DNA from: Azolla caroliniana | Taxonomy: Eukaryota > Plantae > Polypodiophyta | NCBI GenBank assembly: GCA_043228905.1 | Contig: JBHGNT010000002.1 | Span: 3,596,001 to 3,660,000, forward strand | Length of the DNA stretch: 64,000 nucleotides | Reading direction: 5' to 3' | Part shown: positions 63,611 through 64,000 of the stretch, piece after piece | Layout: every line of letters begins with the position of its first letter | Numbering within the stretch: position 1 is the stretch's first letter | The notes under the pieces: model-generated | The model's input: only the letters and a program-made list of their open reading frames with translations | Told to the model about the DNA's origin: nothing | The model's database searches: none | Translations under genes and position numbers: made by a program

Positions 63611-64000
63611 GGACACTCGGAAAAGACCCCACGACTGTACGATAGGTAGGGGATTTTGCTTCTCTGACAACGGAGGGTGTATAATGGTCGGCATCGTTGG
63701 CCGAGAAAAGACAAGGGCGGAAGAGCGACTTCGAGCGTGCGGAGTTCTCGGCCCGGACGAGAAAATCAGCGGAGCCGTGGAGGCGGTCTCCTTCGACGAC
63801 ACCTTAGGGATGTTGAGGAAGGTTGCCGGAGAAGACCTTGACGAAGACCGGACGATACCGGTATGTTCCGAGGAGATGTACGAAGTCATCGCGAACTTCA
63901 GTCGGGGGCTCGGGTCGGATCGGACGGCCCGAGTTAGCACAAAGTACAAGACTGTGGACCGGAAGGTAAGGCCAGTCGCGGCACCCTTACCGGAGGGCAG

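Larger units (their letters stand above)
60768..64000 (+). mobile_element. Second tRNA-Trp-primed gypsy element nested in the first; runs off the window
   Basis: LTR 60768-61405 (TGTTG..CGACA, CTATAAAA ~60915), same PBS at 61410-61427. Confidence 0.9.

Overview
Eukaryotic, almost certainly land-plant DNA, shown by PLS-type PPR remnants, a dirigent gene and plant-type tRNA primer sites. It is dominated by nested transposable elements. Contents: (1) PPR remnants and a decayed LINE interrupted by a near-intact Ty3/gypsy element (4673-14608, minus) and a solo LTR. (2) A non-autonomous hAT element containing a second TIR element with a palindromic repeat array. (3) A degraded four-intron gene (23519-26200, minus) encoding a bacterial/phage-type ParB-like domain fused to a beta-class N4/N6 DNA methyltransferase, divergent from a Cys-motif ORF. 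(4) A second, rearranged copy of the gypsy element (28748-38145, plus). (5) A chromovirus fragment, several Ty1/copia elements and two nested tRNA-Trp-primed gypsy elements. (6) One apparently intact host gene (dirigent) inside a TSD-bounded copia element. Highlights: the intron-containing ParB-methyltransferase; a gypsy family with no polypurine tract but a tRNA-Arg 3'-end sequence where the PPT should be; a captured dirigent gene; and a Trp-primed gypsy group with CACG-type targets, tRNA-like boxes in its LTRs and a -1 frameshift signal after the protease. All family and tRNA assignments are motif recognition by eye, without database searches.
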